Below are positions 59,561 to 64,000 of a DNA stretch of 64,000 nt, piece after piece. The first letter of the stretch is position 1. Each line of letters opens with the position of its first letter. Location: positions 591,397 through 655,396 of the forward strand of contig OW569350.1 in NCBI GenBank assembly GCA_937625935.1. Direction: 5' to 3'. This DNA comes from Tetramitus jugosus (Eukaryota > Protista > Heterolobosea). The notes below the pieces were generated by a model. It had not been told where the DNA came from. It made no database searches and saw only the letters and a list, made by a program, of their open reading frames with translations. The translations under genes were made by a program, and so were the position numbers.

Positions 59561-59918
59561 TCCAAAAGACTTTTGTTGTTTTGGTGCAATTCTTCCTCAG
59601 ATGATGATGAATCAGGTCAACTCATGCCTGTTAATTGAAAGTAAGGGAGAAAGTAAAATGCAAACTAGTAAGGATTAGAAATTCTTTTTGTTCCGCTAGA
59701 GGTTGACGACGAACTGAGAGCAAAGGTAGAATCTTTCTTGTCGTATTCAACATCTCTAAATCTTGTATGTGGTGGTTGATCCCTCGTTGCAATGCTTCCT
59801 TTTCTGGGGCATGTATGTCCCTAACTTTCCTATTCTTGTTGGATAAACAATTGTAAACAGCACTCTTTCTTATTCCCAGCTTATGTTGTTGTTTGTTTGT
59901 GGCTTGTTTTTTGTTGGA

Positions 59919-60242
59919 CAGAGTTTTACTGAATGATCCATCGAAGCGTGAGTGGTCCTAGCTCTCACTAGATAGAAGACTCAGTTGAACTCAATATTGA
60001 ATCACAGCGCATCGAACAGCGCAAGTTTTTTCTCTCAATTTGTTGCCTGCCATTCTACTTCCAGAAATCTTATCTCACAGCTTGGCAAGAACTGAGGGGT
60101 CATAATTCCCTCTCACAGAATATTGGTTTATTGAATTCAACTGGTTCGTAACCAGTCATCCACATTTTCGCAACAAACAACAACATAAATTTGAGATAGA
60201 CTATAAAACGAACGCTTCGATGGATCATTCAGTAAAACTCTG
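59919..60242. repeat. Perfect 31-bp inverted repeat pair
   Basis: CAGAGTTTTACTGAATGATCCATCGAAGCGT at 59919-59949 and its reverse complement at 60212-60242. Confidence 0.9.
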
Positions 60243-60266
60243 CAGACGAATTAACTCTGGGTTCGC

Positions 60267-61316
60267 TTGGGACTGTGTACTTCCATAACACTCTCTCATT
60301 CCTTTCTGAAGCTCAAAAGATGTTATTATGAGCTCTCAGAGTATGGAAAAGCAATCCATTGCTATGGTAAGGTCATTAAAGAGAGCAAAAGAATACATTG
60401 TGAGGTAGAAAAAAACATGGCTGAATGTCTCCGGAAAACTCAGGGGGATCAGGATGCGTGGGCCTTTTTAAGTGAATCACGTGATTCATTTTCTAGGGGT
60501 CAATCACTCTTTAGATTGGAGCGTTACGAGGAAGCCCAACTGTACTTGAAAGGTATTGGCAAGGGAAGACACAAGGATAATCATCCGAGAACAGTGTACT
60601 ACTATAGAGCCAATAAGGTTTTGACTCTTTGTTACCTTCTGAGTGGAAACAGCTCTAAAGCTCTTACAACCTATGATAAAAGGTCAGAGAATATTGTTGA
60701 TGATGAGGACCTCAATGAAACTCTCTATTGGAACCTTGCGGCCACTTTCTTCAGTAAGGAAGAGTTAGAAAAGGCCGACACTTACTTGGATAAGTCAATT
60801 AGTTCTTCAGTAGATGAAACGAATTACTCTATCAAGGATTTCATGCTTGCGGCCAAGATTAAATCTTCAATGAACAAGAATGAGAAAGCTATTGAATTCT
60901 TGAACAAGGCACTTGATTTATGCTCTCCTGGTGAACACAAGGAAGAACAAGTCAGCATTTATCGTTCTCTCATTACCATATTCACAACTTTGAAGAAACT
61001 CGATGAAGCAGTCAAAGCGTGTGAGGAATTATTGGAGATAAACCCTACATGTACCCAGACAAAGAACCAATTGAATGAGTTAAAGGATCAAATCAACGAG
61101 AACATGCAACAACAATCTGTTGATCAAGAGATAGAGAATCTATCACACAATGAGTTTTCGTTCCAAGACAACCAAACCGATGTTCTGGAGTCAACCGATC
61201 AGTTCGATAATGTTCCCATTCTGATTTCTGATTATGAAGACTGTCGATTACTCATTTATTTCTGTTTTTTGCTTGCTGCTCTCATCATCAAATTGATTCT
61301 CTGTCATTCGTCTTGA
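60267..61316 (+). CDS. TPR-repeat protein with C-terminal hydrophobic tail, 5' end disrupted
   Basis: Y..AI.CY.K, A..FLNKALDL, A..ACEELLEINP TPR-like units. Confidence 0.6.
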   Translation: MGLCTSITLSHSFLKLKRCYYELSEYGKAIHCYGKVIKESKRIHCEVEKNMAECLRKTQGDQDAWAFLSESRDSFSRGQSLFRLERYEEAQLYLKGIGKGRHKDNHPRTVYYYRANKVLTLCYLLSGNSSKALTTYDKRSENIVDDEDLNETLYWNLAATFFSKEELEKADTYLDKSISSSVDETNYSIKDFMLAAKIKSSMNKNEKAIEFLNKALDLCSPGEHKEEQVSIYRSLITIFTTLKKLDEAVKACEELLEINPTCTQTKNQLNELKDQINENMQQQSVDQEIENLSHNEFSFQDNQTDVLESTDQFDNVPILISDYEDCRLLIYFCFLLAALIIKLILCHSS

Positions 61317-61843
61317 TCGGTCAACCATCTTCTGAGCCACAACATCATATGGATGTTTGCTCAAGTAGTCACTAAAGATTTCATATGCCTGATCGTATTC
61401 TCTCTTTTCATAGAACTTGTATGCCCTCGAGTAATCGAACCAGAGATCAGTTTCTCTTGAAACTTCTTGTGACAACTCCTGGGTCCACTCATCAGTGTTT
61501 CTTGCTTCTCCCAATTCATAAATCAAGGTATCATCACCAATGGTATCAAGAGGACGTAGGAAGAACGAATCCTTGACAGCTTGATAAATATCATGAGAAC
61601 AAATGATTCTTGTTCCCCATGACTTGTTCAACTTGAATAAGATTCCAAAAGCTCAGACAAGTCATCAAACTCTAGAGTCAACACGGATACAGTTCCACTC
61701 ACCAAACCAGAAGTCAAAGCATTAGCGATTAAATCCTTGGAGTGATAATTGGCAGAATGAGACGAGAAACGAGTATCGGAGACACTGTCTGAGATGGTAT
61801 GGGTTTGGGTTTGGGTTTGGGTTGTCACATATCGACAAACCAA
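61248..61843 (-). pseudogene. Frameshifted TPR-like gene fragment
   Basis: AYKFYEKREYDQAYEIF...HPYD; two abutting ORFs; 5' part interrupted by telomeric repeats. Confidence 0.35.
61800..61823 (+). repeat. Internal telomeric repeat tract (about 4 units)
   Basis: TGGGTTTGGGTTTGGGTTTGGGTT. Confidence 0.85.
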
Positions 61844-62041
61844 GAATGGCCGAATACAGTCAACCGTACGTTGTAAAAGATGTTTTTGTATTCTTTATGG
61901 TCTGAAATGTTCTACTTAAGCTTTGTATCGAAAATGTCACTGTAGATTCTGAACTATCCCCCAAACTATGATATGGAGTTGGGTTTTGAACTCAGAAAAC
62001 CCAAATCTCTATGAGCTATTGACTGGTGAGTGTCGAAAAAA

Positions 62042-62200
62042 TAGGCGGAACCAGCCATTTCGGCCTAGAAAAGCTTTTTTACAGAGGAACTATCTGGTTC
62101 CGCCTAAATGTTGGACTCACAAGCGGAACCAGCTGGTTCCGCCTAAAAAAGCTTTTTTTCAGAGGAACTATCTGGGTGTTGGGTTGGGTTTGGGTTTGGG
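62042..62200 (+). repeat. Subtelomeric 78-bp-period direct repeat with palindromes, ending in telomeric repeats
   Basis: GCGGAACCAG..AGAGGAACTATCTGG at 62045-62097 and 62123-62175; palindrome 62123-62142. Confidence 0.8.
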
Positions 62201-63191
62201 GATACATCCTGGATTCCCCAACCTAAGGAAACGATTTCCTTATATGGTAATTTTTTTTTTGAGATTTTTTATTGCTCTAAGAGCTTCAGCTGGTTGAGAC
62301 GAAGAGATTGGCATTGTTTTCAACTCGATTTGAGCTTTATCGGCTCGTAGAGCCGATATATCTGTGCTGTATTTGACATATTTTTATCGGCAACAGTGTT
62401 AAAACTGCAACAGATTTCAGTCGATTTTGATCCTGTACTGGAGTTAAGACATTCGATTGAGACTTGATTTCTTTAGTTTGGATCAGGATATTGAGACAGT
62501 ATTTGATCATTTTTAACATGATTTTCTTCCAACTATAGTTTTTGCCTCAGTTTTTGAGTACCTGATTTTTCAGAATTTTTGACAGACTTGATTTAGTGTT
62601 TTTCTGGAGAGAATAGACAGATTTTATTAAATAATCACTGTAGAATCAGATGTTTTATCTAGTAATGAGACTTTTCTACGTAAAATCCTGTAAGACAGTG
62701 AAATATTGAAGTTTCAAATTTGAATCGAGTTTATAGTTGAAACGCCAAACTCAACCCGTCAGAAATCCAGAGTACTAGCTTTTTCTGAATGAAAATTCAT
62801 ATTTATGAATGTGATAGACTGAGAGTCTTGGAAAAAATTCTTCTTCTGAGATAGATCGGCTCTGACCGAATGAGGGCTCGGATTTTGTCGTTTTCGTGCA
62901 TGCAGAGTTGAATACCCAGACCCAACCCGACATAACTGAAGAGAAAAAGGAATGATTACTCATAAAACGTATATTTACTCCCTAACTTGCCTCAAATTCT
63001 TCCAGATGTTGAGCATTGGACGAGAGAATTTCTGTTTTCGACAAAGAGTAAGGAGTGAATGTCAAGAGATGGATATAGAAATGGACTGAGTGATTTGAAC
63101 TTTCATTAATCTTGTTTGATCAGATTTTAGATGGCAGATCGATTCTATTTTGAATTTGGATGAAGTTTTTGATTTTTGAGAAGAAAGTTGA

Positions 63192-64000
63192 TTTGGGTTT
63201 GGGTTTGGGTTTGGGTTTTGGTTTTGGTTTGGGTTTTGGTTTGGGTTTGGGTTTTGGTTTGGGTTTGGGTTTGGGTTTGGGTTTGGGTTTTGGTTTGGGT
63301 TTGGGTTTTGGTTTGGGTTTGGGTTTTGGTTTTGGTTTTGGTTTGGGTTTGGGTTTGGGTTTGGGTTTGGGTTTGGGTTTGGGTTTGGGTTTGGGTTTGG
63401 GTTTGGGTTTGGGTTTGGGTTTGGGTTTGGGTTTGGGTTTGGGTTTGGGTTTGGGTTTGGGTTTGGGTTTGGGTTTGGGTTTGGGTTTGGGTTTGGGTTT
63501 GGGTTTGGGTTTGGGTTTGGGTTTGGGTTTGGGTTTGGGTTTGGGTTTGGGTTTGGGTTTGGGTTTGGGTTTGGGTTTGGGTTTGGGTTTGGGTTTGGGT
63601 TTGGGTTTGGGTTTGGGTTTGGGTTTGGGTTTGGGTTTGGGTTTGGGTTTGGGTTTGGGTTTGGGTTTGGGTTTGGGTTTGGGTTTGGGTTTGGGTTTGG
63701 GTTTGGGTTTGGGTTTGGGTTTGGGTTTGGGTTTGGGTTTGGGTTTGGGTTTGGGTTTGGGTTTGGGTTTGGGTTTGGGTTTGGGTTTGGGTTTGGGTTT
63801 GGGTTTGGGTTTGGGTTTGGGTTTGGGTTTGGGTTTGGGTTTGGGTTTGGGTTTGGGTTTGGGTTTGGGTTTGGGTTTGGGTTTGGGTTTGGGTTTGGGT
63901 TTGGGTTTGGGTTTGGGTTTGGGTTTGGGTTTGGGTTTGGGTTTGGGTTTGGGTTTGGGTTTGGGTTTGGGTTTGGGTTTGGGTTTGGGTTTGGGTTTGG
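63192..64000 (+). repeat. Telomere (TTTGGG)n with proximal TTTTGG variants
   Basis: About 800 bp of tandem hexamer with the G-rich strand running to the window end. Confidence 0.98.

Noticed and set aside
61968-62297. 109-aa ORF with internal repeats
   Set aside because: Translation of the subtelomeric and telomeric repeats, not a gene.

Overview
Eukaryotic (protist) chromosome end: standard genetic code, short GT-AG introns, Asn/Gln-rich proteins and a terminal (TTTGGG)n telomere from 63192. The lineage cannot be fixed from this window. There are three zones. (1) 1.4-13.4 kb is a transposon island built around two convergent tRNA genes (Ala-AGC, Leu-AAG). Each tRNA has a head-to-tail stack of non-LTR retrotransposon copies inserted 30-56 bp upstream and pointing away from it. 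The copies show repeated target-site duplications, poly(A) tails and 3'-UTR hairpins, i.e. a tRNA-gene-targeting LINE system resembling Dictyostelium TRE5. This is the main finding. (2) 13.6-40.7 kb is a compact gene-dense core: RCC1-repeat protein, tRNA-Ser, SSADH, Bet1-like SNARE, Vps8, Nup50, Coa3, a SYCP2-like meiotic axis protein, ankyrin protein, membralin, Zn-dependent dehydrogenase, a Rab-like GTPase, a secreted SH3b-peptidase and a secreted multi-peptide precursor. (3) 40.7-63.2 kb is a subtelomeric zone with a decayed Fanzor next to a PIF1-helicase remnant, a CACTA-like transposase, a Ginger-like integrase, a BAHD acyltransferase, a Crinkler-type NTPase-REase gene lying between pieces of a CRT-like transporter, frameshifted genes and internal telomere-repeat tracts. 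All family assignments come from motif recognition by eye; no database search was run.
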